DNA from: Bdellovibrionales bacterium
GTDB lineage: Bacteria; Bdellovibrionota; Bdellovibrionia; Bdellovibrionales; UBA1609
NCBI GenBank assembly: GCA_965200875.1
Contig: OZ241456.1
Location: 96,001-160,000, forward strand
Reading direction: 5' to 3'
Length of the DNA stretch: 64,000 nt
Numbering within the stretch: position 1 is the stretch's first letter; each line of letters starts with the position of its first letter. Both the position numbers and the translations under genes were made by a program. Under the pieces are notes generated by a model. The model ran no database searches. It had not been told where the DNA came from and worked only from the letters and a program-made list of their open reading frames with translations. This document shows positions 39,456 to 52,574 of this stretch, one piece after another.

Positions 39456-39471
39456 TGTTCCTCGTGGAACA
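39456..39471. other. parS: parS site 4
   Basis: TGTTCCTCGTGGAACA, 44 bp start-to-start from site 3. Confidence 0.82.
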
Positions 39472-39479
39472 TTAAATTT

Positions 39480-41366
39480 TTACGAAGTTTTTCTGGAAAG
39501 GACTTTTAAGTGAATCAGCAAAGCCTGAATGGCAGAAGGTGGCATTCCACTAATGCGACTGGCCTGAGCCAATGTTCGGGGTTTTATTTTCTTCAGTTTC
39601 TCTAAAGCCTCGAAAGAAAGCCCTTTTACCTGTTCATAGTCCATATCAGGAAGTGTAAGATTTTCTATCTTTTGGCTTTGGGCGATAAATTGTTCTTGTC
39701 TTAGAATATACCCTTCGTATTTTATTCTTATCTCCACGGCCTCCCAGGTTTTTTTACTGAAACCAGCTTTCTTTTTTTCTTCAAAAGCTTTTTCTGAAAA
39801 CTTTTTAAGTTTTTGCCAGGTTACTTCAGGTCTGCAAAAAAATTTTTTTAAACTCTGCGGTTGATTTAAATCCGGTAAAGCTCTCTCCTTAAGCCAGGCT
39901 TTTATCTCTTTACCTGGAACAATTTGTGTGTTTTCCAAAAACTCTGAAAGTTTTTTTCTTTGTTTCAGCTCTTTTTCCAATAAAGCTTTTTTTTCGAGAG
40001 TAAGGAGACTTTGTTCAGAACTTAAGTTAAAAAGTCTCTCTAAGGCATTATCTTCTCTTAAAATCAGCCGATGTTCCGCTCGTGAAGTGAGCATACGATA
40101 AGGTTCTTTTGTTCCCTTGGTCACCAAATCGTCAATCAAAACTCCAATATAAGCCTCATGTCTTTTTAAAACCAAAGGAGAATGATTTTTCACTTTACCA
40201 GCCGCATTCACTCCCGCTAAAAGACCCTGTCCCCCAGCTTCTTCATAACCACTGGTCCCGTTAATTTGCCCAGCAAAAAAAAGATTTTTAAAAGCTTTGG
40301 TTTCCAATGTGGAAAAAAGCTCTAAGGGATCTAAAAAATCATATTCTACAGCGTAGCCGGGTCTTAAAATTTCCACTTTTTCCAGACCTTTAATACTTCT
40401 TAAAAACTCGAGTTGAATATCAGCCGGTAAACTAGTGGAAAGACCTTGCAGATAAATGGAAGAACCCTTAAGAGTTTCCGGCTCTAGGAAGCTTTGATGT
40501 CTTGTCTTGTCTGCGAAACGAATAATTTTATCTTCCACACTAGGACAATATCTAGGGCCAGCTCCTTCAATAGCTCCTGAATAAAGAGCAGAAAGTTTTA
40601 AATTTTTTCTGATAATTTCATGAGTTTTTTCATTGGTATAAGTCAAGTGGCAGGCAACTTGTGGAAGTTTTAAAGTTGAAGGGCTGAAAAAACTAAAGGG
40701 CTTGAACTTTTTATCCCCTGTTTGAAGAGTAAGAGCGGAAAAATCAATACTTGCTTTTTTGATTCTGGGAGGAGTGCCTGTTTTTAAACGATAGACAGGA
40801 AATCCAAGGGATTTTAATTGATCAGAAAGACCTTCTGTGGCTTTTTCTCCCACCCGGCCAAAGGCTTTTTTCTGAGATCCTATGTGTAAAAGACCTTTCA
40901 TAAAAGTACCAGTGGTGAGAATCACCGAATGGGCACGAATTTTATCTCCTTTGTCTGTCACCACCCCTTTACAGGAGTTTTTTTCGAATAAAAGAGACTT
41001 TACCTCTGCGGACAAATAAGAAATATTTTTCTGTTTTTCCAGATAAGTTTTTACAAAGGCACTGTAAAGGTCTTTATCACATTGAGTGCGGGATCCCCTG
41101 ACTGCTGGCCCTTTGGAGCTATTTAAAAGCTTAAACTGAATACAGGTGGCGTCTGCGGCCCTTCCCATAAGCCCCCCCAGAATATCCATTTCCTTTACAA
41201 TATGGCCCTTACCCAGACCTCCAATAGAGGGATTACAACTCATGTGGGCAGTACGGTTCCAGTCCACTGTCACCATTAAAACCGAGCAGTTTTTTCTGGC
41301 AGAAGCATAAGCTGCTTCCACTCCGGCATGACCGCTTCCCACCACAATAACATCAAAAATTTTCAT
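39480..41366 (-). CDS. mnmG: tRNA uridine-5-carboxymethylaminomethyl modification enzyme MnmG (GidA)
   Basis: VVGSGHAG, SCNPSIGG, LKTGTPPR, GPRYCPS, GQINGTSGYEEA; start at ATG 41366. Confidence 0.97.
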   Translation of the reverse strand: MKIFDVIVVGSGHAGVEAAYASARKNCSVLMVTVDWNRTAHMSCNPSIGGLGKGHIVKEMDILGGLMGRAADATCIQFKLLNSSKGPAVRGSRTQCDKDLYSAFVKTYLEKQKNISYLSAEVKSLLFEKNSCKGVVTDKGDKIRAHSVILTTGTFMKGLLHIGSQKKAFGRVGEKATEGLSDQLKSLGFPVYRLKTGTPPRIKKASIDFSALTLQTGDKKFKPFSFFSPSTLKLPQVACHLTYTNEKTHEIIRKNLKLSALYSGAIEGAGPRYCPSVEDKIIRFADKTRHQSFLEPETLKGSSIYLQGLSTSLPADIQLEFLRSIKGLEKVEILRPGYAVEYDFLDPLELFSTLETKAFKNLFFAGQINGTSGYEEAGGQGLLAGVNAAGKVKNHSPLVLKRHEAYIGVLIDDLVTKGTKEPYRMLTSRAEHRLILREDNALERLFNLSSEQSLLTLEKKALLEKELKQRKKLSEFLENTQIVPGKEIKAWLKERALPDLNQPQSLKKFFCRPEVTWQKLKKFSEKAFEEKKKAGFSKKTWEAVEIRIKYEGYILRQEQFIAQSQKIENLTLPDMDYEQVKGLSFEALEKLKKIKPRTLAQASRISGMPPSAIQALLIHLKVLSRKTS

Positions 41367-41367
41367 A

Positions 41368-42843
41368 TTACTTGCCAATGCAAAATTCTTTGAACACTTG
41401 TTTTATTACATCTTCATTGTATTCTTTGCCGGAAAGTTTGTATAAAACAGATAAAGCTGATTGCAGTTCAAAGATTGTAAATTCAGGAGAGGCATTTTGC
41501 TCCAAAAGTTTTTCTGCAAGCTCCAAAAAATGCTTTATCTTCTTAAGAGCAGTACCTTGACGAGGGGTGAAAAGAAAACTATCAAAAGCCCCTTTTTCAG
41601 ATTTTTTATGTAAAAACTCCTTTAGAACTGAAACACCTTCTCCCGTGTGTGAGCTGAGCCATAAAACCTCTTTAAATTTTGGTTGATAAGTGGAAAAAAC
41701 AGAGCTTTCGGCGGTTGATTTTTGAAAATTTTCTTTTAAAAAGCTTGTTGCAATTTGCAAAAGCTTATCTCTTTCCCTCAAAGAAAGCTTATCTGATTTG
41801 CTAAACACCATAAAAGTTTTTCCTGGATCCATCTTTTGCAGACCAAAAAAACTTTCAGGGTTTAAAGGCAAAAGACTTTCCACTAAAAACAAACAAATAT
41901 CTGCGTGCTTTATTTCCTCTAAAGCTTTCTCTATGCCTTTTTTTTCCACGGAATCGGGGTTTTTCCGAAAGCCGGCTGTGTCTTTTAAACAGAACTCTCT
42001 TTGATTCAGCAAAATCCGTGCTGACAAAATATCCCTAGTGGTACCAGGTTCTTCTGTCACAATGGCTTTTTCCTCTTCAAGCAAACAATTAAACAAAGAG
42101 GATTTTCCAGCATTAGGGGCACCTGATAAAAGAACGGAAAACCCTTCTTTATTTATTCGGCCCTGTTCAAAACTTTTAAGAGTCAATATGATTTCTTGTT
42201 TTATTTCTTTTAACAAAATTTTTTGTTGCTTCCTCGAAAAAGGTTCTATTTCCTGATCACTGAAATCAATACTGGCTGACAGATGAGATATGAGTTTTAA
42301 AAGTTTTTCCTCCAGAGTTTTTAATCGTAGAGAATTACCTCCTTTTAATCCTTTTAAAGCTTGTACATGCGCCTTAGGCGTTCGGCTTTGAATTAATCCC
42401 AAAACACTTTCTGCCTGAATCAAATCCATTTTTCCGTTCATAAAGGCTCTGTAGCTAAATTCCCCTTTTTCAGCGAGCCTAGCCCCTCCCACCCTCAAAG
42501 CTTCTAAAAGAGCTTCAGCAATAAAGGAACTTCCGTGAAAACTTATCTCAAAGCTTTCTTCACCTGTAAAGGAACGACCTTTTTCAAAACAGAACACCAA
42601 AACTTCATCCAAAGCTTTTTTGGTTTCTGGATGAACGAGAGTTCCAAAATAAATAGAGTGGGATTTAATTTTTGAGGGTAAAAAAGGACAAAGCTTTCGG
42701 CTTATTTCAAAAGCTTTTTTCCCGCTTACACGAATCAGGGAAATTGCTCCTTCTCCGGGAGGAGTGGCCAAGGCACAAATAGTGTCTTCATCTTGTTCTC
42801 TCAGTAAAAAGGAGTTTTTAGTTGTTTTCTTCATTTTAAGCAA
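41368..42843 (-). CDS. mnmE: tRNA modification GTPase MnmE (TrmE)
   Basis: SFTGE, GAPNAGKS, GTTRD, DTAG, C-terminal FCIGK. Confidence 0.97.
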   Translation of the reverse strand: MLKMKKTTKNSFLLREQDEDTICALATPPGEGAISLIRVSGKKAFEISRKLCPFLPSKIKSHSIYFGTLVHPETKKALDEVLVFCFEKGRSFTGEESFEISFHGSSFIAEALLEALRVGGARLAEKGEFSYRAFMNGKMDLIQAESVLGLIQSRTPKAHVQALKGLKGGNSLRLKTLEEKLLKLISHLSASIDFSDQEIEPFSRKQQKILLKEIKQEIILTLKSFEQGRINKEGFSVLLSGAPNAGKSSLFNCLLEEEKAIVTEEPGTTRDILSARILLNQREFCLKDTAGFRKNPDSVEKKGIEKALEEIKHADICLFLVESLLPLNPESFFGLQKMDPGKTFMVFSKSDKLSLRERDKLLQIATSFLKENFQKSTAESSVFSTYQPKFKEVLWLSSHTGEGVSVLKEFLHKKSEKGAFDSFLFTPRQGTALKKIKHFLELAEKLLEQNASPEFTIFELQSALSVLYKLSGKEYNEDVIKQVFKEFCIGK

Positions 42844-42921
42844 CTTCAGGCAGAAATGTTACACTGTTGCGAGAGATCCCCCACAGACATTAAACGGAGC
42901 TTTGTTTTTAAACCAACTGAT

Positions 42922-43425
42922 TTATTCAGAAGAGCTTTCAGTCACCGGACTGATGCAAATATTTTTATAAAAACCTTCTCCTACAGATGAGGTTTTTACA
43001 TCTCCTCTTTCTGTTAAAAATTGATGCACTTTTCTTCTTTGGAAGGGGGATAAAGCTTTTTTAAAATACACTGGCCGGCCTGTGGAAAGGGCTTTTTGCT
43101 TCAACTTGCTGGCTAGATCTAAAAGTCTTTGCTCTCTTTCCTTAAAAAAATTCCCGGAATCTATATGCAAAAAGATATTCTGGCCAAAAAAGTGGTGTTG
43201 AACCACTCGATTAAAATAAGTTTGCAATGCCAAAAGCAATCGTCCATCTTTTGCTTTCAACAATCCTTCATCCTCACCAAAAATCTCAACAAAGATTTCC
43301 CCTTCTTCCTTTTCTGTTAATTCCACTGATAGCGAAAAACCGCCTTTTTCCAGTAAATCCTGCAACACCTGTTCTATAAAATCACTTGGACTTTTATCTT
43401 TTCCCTTAAAAAATTTTTTAAACAT
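42922..43425 (-). CDS. jag: Jag/KhpB-like RNA-binding protein (KH + R3H), short form
   Basis: KH-like segment and R3H motif RRKVH; lies between yidC and mnmE. Confidence 0.8.
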   Translation of the reverse strand: MFKKFFKGKDKSPSDFIEQVLQDLLEKGGFSLSVELTEKEEGEIFVEIFGEDEGLLKAKDGRLLLALQTYFNRVVQHHFFGQNIFLHIDSGNFFKEREQRLLDLASKLKQKALSTGRPVYFKKALSPFQRRKVHQFLTERGDVKTSSVGEGFYKNICISPVTESSSE

Positions 43426-43438
43426 TTCTTAAATCCTT

Positions 43439-45097
43439 TCATTTTTTAGAGTTTTCCTTTTTTTCAGGAGAGGAACTTTTAACCTCACTTTTTTTATTCA
43501 GGTATATCTGTTGAACCAAACCAAATATTGTACTGATCAACATATAAAGTACCAAACCACTTGGAAGGTTTATCATAAAAAACACCATAAAAACAGGCAT
43601 AATTTGCATAGCTCTAAGCATTTCCTTATTCATAGCTACAGGGCTTATTTTTTGCTGAATAAACATAAAAACTCCCATTAAAACCGGTAAAATATAATAA
43701 GGATCTTTCCAGCTCAGATCCTGAATCCAGAACACAAAAGGTGCCTGATACAAAGAATAGCTGTTGGAAAGGGCTTTCCAAAGTGACCAAAACACCGGAA
43801 TTTGAAGCAATAAAGGCAAGCAACCCCCTAGGGGATTAGCCTTGTGGCTTTTCATTATGGCCATTACTTCCTGATTCATCCGCTGAGGATCTTTTTTAAA
43901 CTTTTCCCGTACTTTTTGTATTTCAGGATGCACTTTTTTCATCACCTCCATTGAATGATGAGAGGAAATCACCAGAGGCAAAAGAAGAAGTCTGACCAGC
44001 AGTGTCAATAAAATAATGGATACCCCCCAGTTGCTCACTATAGAATAAAAAAACTGTAAGATCTGAAGAATCAAACGGGATAAAGCACCGAACCATCCAA
44101 AGTCCACCCAACGAATTAAAGTCGGAAATTCTTTTTTTAAAAAAGAAAAGTCTTTTGGACCCATGAAAACTTTATAAGAAACTTCAAAATCTTTTTGAGG
44201 GTTCAACACAAAGTGATTGACAAGCCCTATATATTTTTTGTCTTTCGTGATAAATCGTGCCTGGGGCAACACATCAGACTTCTCTTCCACTAGGGCCTGA
44301 CCAAAGTATTTGGTGCCCAAAGCCACGGTCTGCACTTTGGAAAAAGGGGGCTTTTTTTGAAGCTCCTGATAGTCTGTTTCCGACATAATCGGTGCTTGTT
44401 CAAAACCCTGAGAAGAGGATATAAAAAAAGATAAAAAGTCTGGAGGAATAAAAAAAGACAAAAACCCTGATTTTTGATTCTCAGCTTTTTTTGTTTGAGT
44501 GATTATTGTGCTGATACCGGAGATAGAGTTCAGCTGACCCCTTATCTGAATTTTTGTTTTTACCAAAAATCGGGCTTTATCCACAGATAAAGTCTTTTTA
44601 ATCTCCACTTCATTCCAGTTTGCCACGCCCTCCCAAGAATGATCTGAGTTTTGTTTGATATCAAAGTGCAAGGGTTCTTCCAGTCTTTCCACAAGACGAG
44701 TTTCAAAAGGCAGATCTTTTTCCCCGGAAAAAAGCCATATTGATTTTCCTTTTCGATCTAAAATCTGATTCAAAACTACATTTTTAAAACCCATTCCTTC
44801 AGAGGAAATATCAAAAGAGAGTTTTTCACTTTTAAAGGAAAAAATCTTTGGGATTAAAGGTTTTTTTCTTTCCTTCGGGCTTAAAATTTTTTTACTAGAT
44901 TTTGAAAGAGCTTTTTTTTCCGAGGCGGAAAAAGTGGACTTTTCCCTGTTTTCCTCTGATGAGCTTACAGGTGGAGAAGGTTCTTGCCCTTTGGGATATT
45001 TTTTCCTCATATAAGCATCCCACGCGAACCAAGCTAGGAAAACCAAAACCACTGCAATTAAAGTGTTTTTATCCAAAAAATGTTCTTTTTCTTTCAT
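43439..45097 (-). CDS. yidC: membrane protein insertase YidC
   Basis: VDFGWF, NWGVSIILLT, NPLGGCLPLLLQIPVF, WIQDLS, PSGLVLY. Confidence 0.96.
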   Translation of the reverse strand: MKEKEHFLDKNTLIAVVLVFLAWFAWDAYMRKKYPKGQEPSPPVSSSEENREKSTFSASEKKALSKSSKKILSPKERKKPLIPKIFSFKSEKLSFDISSEGMGFKNVVLNQILDRKGKSIWLFSGEKDLPFETRLVERLEEPLHFDIKQNSDHSWEGVANWNEVEIKKTLSVDKARFLVKTKIQIRGQLNSISGISTIITQTKKAENQKSGFLSFFIPPDFLSFFISSSQGFEQAPIMSETDYQELQKKPPFSKVQTVALGTKYFGQALVEEKSDVLPQARFITKDKKYIGLVNHFVLNPQKDFEVSYKVFMGPKDFSFLKKEFPTLIRWVDFGWFGALSRLILQILQFFYSIVSNWGVSIILLTLLVRLLLLPLVISSHHSMEVMKKVHPEIQKVREKFKKDPQRMNQEVMAIMKSHKANPLGGCLPLLLQIPVFWSLWKALSNSYSLYQAPFVFWIQDLSWKDPYYILPVLMGVFMFIQQKISPVAMNKEMLRAMQIMPVFMVFFMINLPSGLVLYMLISTIFGLVQQIYLNKKSEVKSSSPEKKENSKK

Positions 45098-45375
45098 CTG
45101 AGCTTTTTCTTTCGGTTTGGTGGCGGGTTTGAACCTGTTGGAGATGGAACGGTATCTAAACTAAATGGCCCAAAAAATCGGCATTTAGAAAGCCTTACTA
45201 CAACTAAAAAAAACGCTTTTAAAGGGGGGTGAGAGGAAAAAGCCTTTTCAGCGTAACAGGAGCAGGAAGGGTAAAAACGACAAGCTCCTCCAAAGTGAAC
45301 AGATAAAAACACTTTATAGACTTTTATAAGAAAAATACAAAACCCTGCGATTTTTTTCATTATGTGCTTACCCAT
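45094..45375 (-). CDS. yidD: membrane protein insertion efficiency factor YidD
   Basis: CRFYPSCSCYA motif; between rnpA and yidC. Confidence 0.9.
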   Translation of the reverse strand: MGKHIMKKIAGFCIFLIKVYKVFLSVHFGGACRFYPSCSCYAEKAFSSHPPLKAFFLVVVRLSKCRFFGPFSLDTVPSPTGSNPPPNRKKKLR

Positions 45376-45471
45376 AAATTATACCTGTGATTCAGTGCCG
45401 ACCATATATAGTTTTTTTCAACACGGAATAATAGCTTAAAATCTGAAAAAAACGGTCGAAAAAAATAGCTT

Positions 45472-45822
45472 TTATAAATCTTTTTGATCTTCTTTCGGCA
45501 AAAGGGCAGAAAATCCTGCACAAAATTCCTTATAATTTAATTTTTTATACCGAGCTTTTTCTTTTTTTTCAAACCCCAACAATAAATCTAAGCCTGAAAG
45601 CTCTTGCTTTTGGTTTAAAAGCATGCGCGCCCATCTTTTAAAACGGTTCCTTTGAACCGCGTTTCCCGAATATCGTGGAAACACAAAAGCAAAGCGAGCA
45701 TAAGAGAGCTTGTTTTTTCGATAAACCACAAAGAAGCCTTTTTGTCTCTGACTTCGGCCATTTTTTTTAAGTTGGGAAAAATCAGGTTTTTTTGGAGAAC
45801 ACTTTTTATTCTCTTTTTTCAT
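45472..45822 (-). CDS. rnpA: ribonuclease P protein component
   Basis: RNR motif GNAVQRNRFKR; downstream of rpmH. Confidence 0.88.
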   Translation of the reverse strand: MKKENKKCSPKKPDFSQLKKNGRSQRQKGFFVVYRKNKLSYARFAFVFPRYSGNAVQRNRFKRWARMLLNQKQELSGLDLLLGFEKKEKARYKKLNYKEFCAGFSALLPKEDQKDL

Positions 45823-45932
45823 AATAATTTCCTGTGTTGGTCTTTAGGGGTCAGATTTAAAAACTGAAGGAAAAATAAAAACTGTTTTCTTTTGGAGTTT
45901 AGAGCGTGTGAGTAAATTTTTTTATAAGCTCA

Positions 45933-46082
45933 TTACTTGCTTCCCGTGGAGACACAAAGTTGTTTCCGGCCTTTTCGTCTTCGTCTGTTTAAGACCTCTC
46001 GCCCGGCACTATCCGACATGCGGGAGCGAAAACCATGTGCACTGCTTCTTTTTTTTCTACTAGGCTGATAAGTTCTTTTCAT
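45933..46082 (-). CDS. rpmH: 50S ribosomal protein L34
   Basis: Not in ORF track; hand translation [49 protein letters not shown] (49 aa); AGGAG RBS. Confidence 0.96.
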   Translation of the reverse strand: MKRTYQPSRKKRSSAHGFRSRMSDSAGREVLNRRRRKGRKQLCVSTGSK

Positions 46083-46217
46083 GGACCTTACTCCTATACT
46101 TTGACGCAGTCATAAAAACATATTTTGTCTCTTCCCGTCAAGCAAAGGTTTGTGGTACATCAAAAGTTCTCTTTGCCCTAAAAACTCTTTACCACTTAAA
46201 AGCTTTTCGGAGGTCTT

Positions 46218-47594
46218 TTGTCTGAACAACATTTATGGAATCAAATAAAAAAAGCTTTACAGGATCAATCTCCGGTTTTGCGTTCTGTTTTGAACAATAT
46301 CACTTTAGAAAGCCCTGTTATAAAAGGACAAAAACACTTTGTCTTTCAAACCCCTTCATCTTTTCATCAGGATATTTTGAAAAAACATTTACATGATATC
46401 CAGGTTCAGATGAAGAAAAGAGGGGAAGTTTATAAATCCATTTTAATTAAAACAGATAAAAAAAAGAGGGAGCTTTTAAAAGTTTCCTCCAGTTCAAAGC
46501 CCAGTTTTTCCCGATTGAAAAAAAGACCATCTTCCAGCTCTTTTTTTCATCAATGGACTTTTTCCTCTTTTGTTCCAGGTCCTAGTAACAGTTTTGCTTT
46601 TTCTCTGGCGCAAAATGTTGCAAAAAAACCTATAAAAAATCAGAGTAACCCTCTTTTTATTTATGGACCATCAGGGCTTGGAAAAACACATCTTCTGCAC
46701 GCCATTGGAAATGCTCTTGAACAGGAAAAGCCTCATTTAAAAACTTTTTATCTTCCGGCAGAGCGGTTTTTGAACGACTGTATCACACATATTTCCAAGA
46801 ATGATATGCCAGCTTTTCGGCAAAAGTACAGAAATAACACCCATGTTCTTTTGTTGGACGATATTCAAATTCTAGGGAGAGGGGAAAGCACACAGGAAGA
46901 GTTTTTTAATACATTTGAGTGCCTTAAACAAAAAGGGTGTCAGGTGGTTTTGGCCAGTGATCAAAAACCAAAGAGCATAAAAGGCCTGAAAGAAAGAATC
47001 AAAACAAGGCTTGAAGGGGGGGTTATAATAGATATTCAGGTTCCTGATAAAGATACAATAAAAGCCATCATCAGAAATAAAGCTCGAAAAGCTCTTCTTA
47101 AGCTTTCTGAAGAAATTATCTCTTATATAGCTGATCTTCCCATCAACTCTGTTCGGGAAACAGAGGGACACTTGAATAAAATAAAAATGTACTGCGAATT
47201 GCAAAACCGGCCTCTTTCCCTGAGCTTGATTCAAAAACTCCTTCCAGAAGAGCCTTTATCTCTTCCTAGCGCTGAACCTTATCTTTCTCACAGAAAAACT
47301 TTGGCTACAAAAACTTTGCAAAAAGAGATATGTTCCCGTTATCATATCAAACTTCCGGATTTAAAGTCCAAATCCCGCTCTAAAAACATGGTTAAAGCCA
47401 GAAATATTGCTATATATATAAGCCGAAAAGAATTAAATCTCACTTTAGAAGAAATCGGATATCTTTTTGGAAAGAGAAATCACAGCACGATAGTGCATAG
47501 CTTGAAGAGTGTGGAAAAACAACAAAAAACAAATATCCAAATGTCCAACAGTATCAAAGAGTTAAGTGTTTTTATCCGCAAAAAATATCTTTGA
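46218..47594 (+). CDS. dnaA: chromosomal replication initiator DnaA
   Basis: NPLFIYGPSGLGKTHL, LLDDIQ, QEEFF; domain IV LEEIGYLFGKRNHSTIVHS; TTG start. Confidence 0.96.
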   Translation: MSEQHLWNQIKKALQDQSPVLRSVLNNITLESPVIKGQKHFVFQTPSSFHQDILKKHLHDIQVQMKKRGEVYKSILIKTDKKKRELLKVSSSSKPSFSRLKKRPSSSSFFHQWTFSSFVPGPSNSFAFSLAQNVAKKPIKNQSNPLFIYGPSGLGKTHLLHAIGNALEQEKPHLKTFYLPAERFLNDCITHISKNDMPAFRQKYRNNTHVLLLDDIQILGRGESTQEEFFNTFECLKQKGCQVVLASDQKPKSIKGLKERIKTRLEGGVIIDIQVPDKDTIKAIIRNKARKALLKLSEEIISYIADLPINSVRETEGHLNKIKMYCELQNRPLSLSLIQKLLPEEPLSLPSAEPYLSHRKTLATKTLQKEICSRYHIKLPDLKSKSRSKNMVKARNIAIYISRKELNLTLEEIGYLFGKRNHSTIVHSLKSVEKQQKTNIQMSNSIKELSVFIRKKYL

Positions 47595-47690
47595 TAGAGT
47601 GTGAAAAACCCCGAAATCCCGAAACCCCATCCGGTTGAATAATTTTGCGTGATTATCTCCTGATAATTTGCTATTAACAGTATTATTAAA
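47510..47690. promoter_or_regulatory. sparse DnaA-box-like sites and AT-rich tract at the dnaA-dnaN junction
   Basis: TGTGGAAAA 47510-18 and TGTGAAAAA 47600-08 match TTWTNCACA in reverse; TTATCCGCA 47572-80; CTA-TTA-ACA-GTA-TTA-TTA 47671-88. Confidence 0.35.
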
Positions 47691-47704
47691 AAAAGGTTTT
47701 TAAA

Positions 47705-48861
47705 ATGCTGAAAGTTCGAATCCAACAGACAGACTTCCTTAATCTTGCTTCGCAGGCCTATAGCTTGATAGAAAAAAGAAATGTCATGCCTATTTTGTCT
47801 AAGGTGCTTATCAGTGCTGAAAAGGACACTCTTTCCATACAGGCTACAGATCAAAATAATAGTTTGCAAAGCCAGGTTTCCGCAGAAGTGGAAACTCCGG
47901 GGAAAGTTGTTGTGGATGCTCAAAGCCTTTATGATATTTTAAAAGAGCTTCCAGAGGGAGAGGTTCATTTGAGCGGGAAAAGCAGTCAAAAGCTGAGAAT
48001 AAAAAAAGGGGCTTCTGTTTTTCATCTTTTGAGTGTGGATGTTCGGGATTTTCCGAGTTTCCCCCCTTTTCAGCTGAAAAATTCTTTTCAGGCAAAAGTT
48101 TCAGATTTAAAAAATTTTATTGAAAGCACATCTTATTGTTCTTCTGTGGATGAGACAAGTTATCATTTAACAGGAGTGTTTTTTGAGGAGGCAAAAAAAA
48201 TCACAGGAGTATCCAGTGAAAAAGGAGAACCTTGTTTTCGATTTGTGGCTACAGATGGCCATCGTTTAGGACTTGCAGAAATGCCTTTTAAAAAGTCTGT
48301 TTTGGAAAAAGGGGTGATTATTTCCAAAAAAGGAGTGCAGGAAATCAAAAAACTGCTGTATCATGCCGTTTCTGAAGAGGAAGTGGAAATAGCATTGGAT
48401 CCTCCTCGAATACTGCTTCGCTATGGGTTGGCGGTTTTGAGTGTTAACCTGGTGGAAGGGGGTTATCCTAACTATCAGCCTTTTATACCGAAATCCAGTG
48501 CTGTGACTGTGGAATTGGAGGCAGAGCACTTTCATCAGGCCTTAAAAAGGGTGTCTTTACTTTCCAGCAATAAATTTAAAGGTGTGAATTTTCAGATTAA
48601 AGAAAAAAAAATATTAATGGAAGCGGAAAATCCAGATTTAGGCTCTGCTCAAGATGAAGTGACTTGTCTTGAAAAAAAAGGAAAAGATTTAAAAGTACGA
48701 TTTAATGCCAGATATATGCTGGAAGCTTTGAACTCTTTATCCAGTGAGCGAATTTCAATGGACTTTGTCGGCAAGGAAAAGCCTTGTGTTATGCGACCTG
48801 TATCTTCTGATGATAAAAAAGAAATTCAAAACAGCCTTTGTGTGGTTATGCCCATGAAAAT

Positions 48862-48865
<4 letters not shown>
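47705..48865 (+). CDS. dnaN: DNA polymerase III beta sliding clamp
   Basis: MPILSKVLI, ATD, VATDGHRL, FNARY, VVMPM. Confidence 0.96.
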
Positions 48866-52492
<3,627 letters not shown>

Positions 52493-52574
52493 ATCTGTTC
52501 GGGAATAAACTTTAAGAAACCTTAAAAATTTTTTTCTAGCTGGTGGAGAGTTTTATAAAACACGGAGCAAAAAG

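Noticed and set aside
35211..39471. Recurrent 16-bp near-palindrome as a possible CRISPR repeat
   Set aside because: Irregular spacing (44 bp to 2.2 kb), no cas genes, matches parS consensus and lies next to parAB
46083..46217. rpmH-dnaA intergenic region as oriC
   Set aside because: Only 135 bp, no convincing DnaA boxes and no AT-rich unwinding tract
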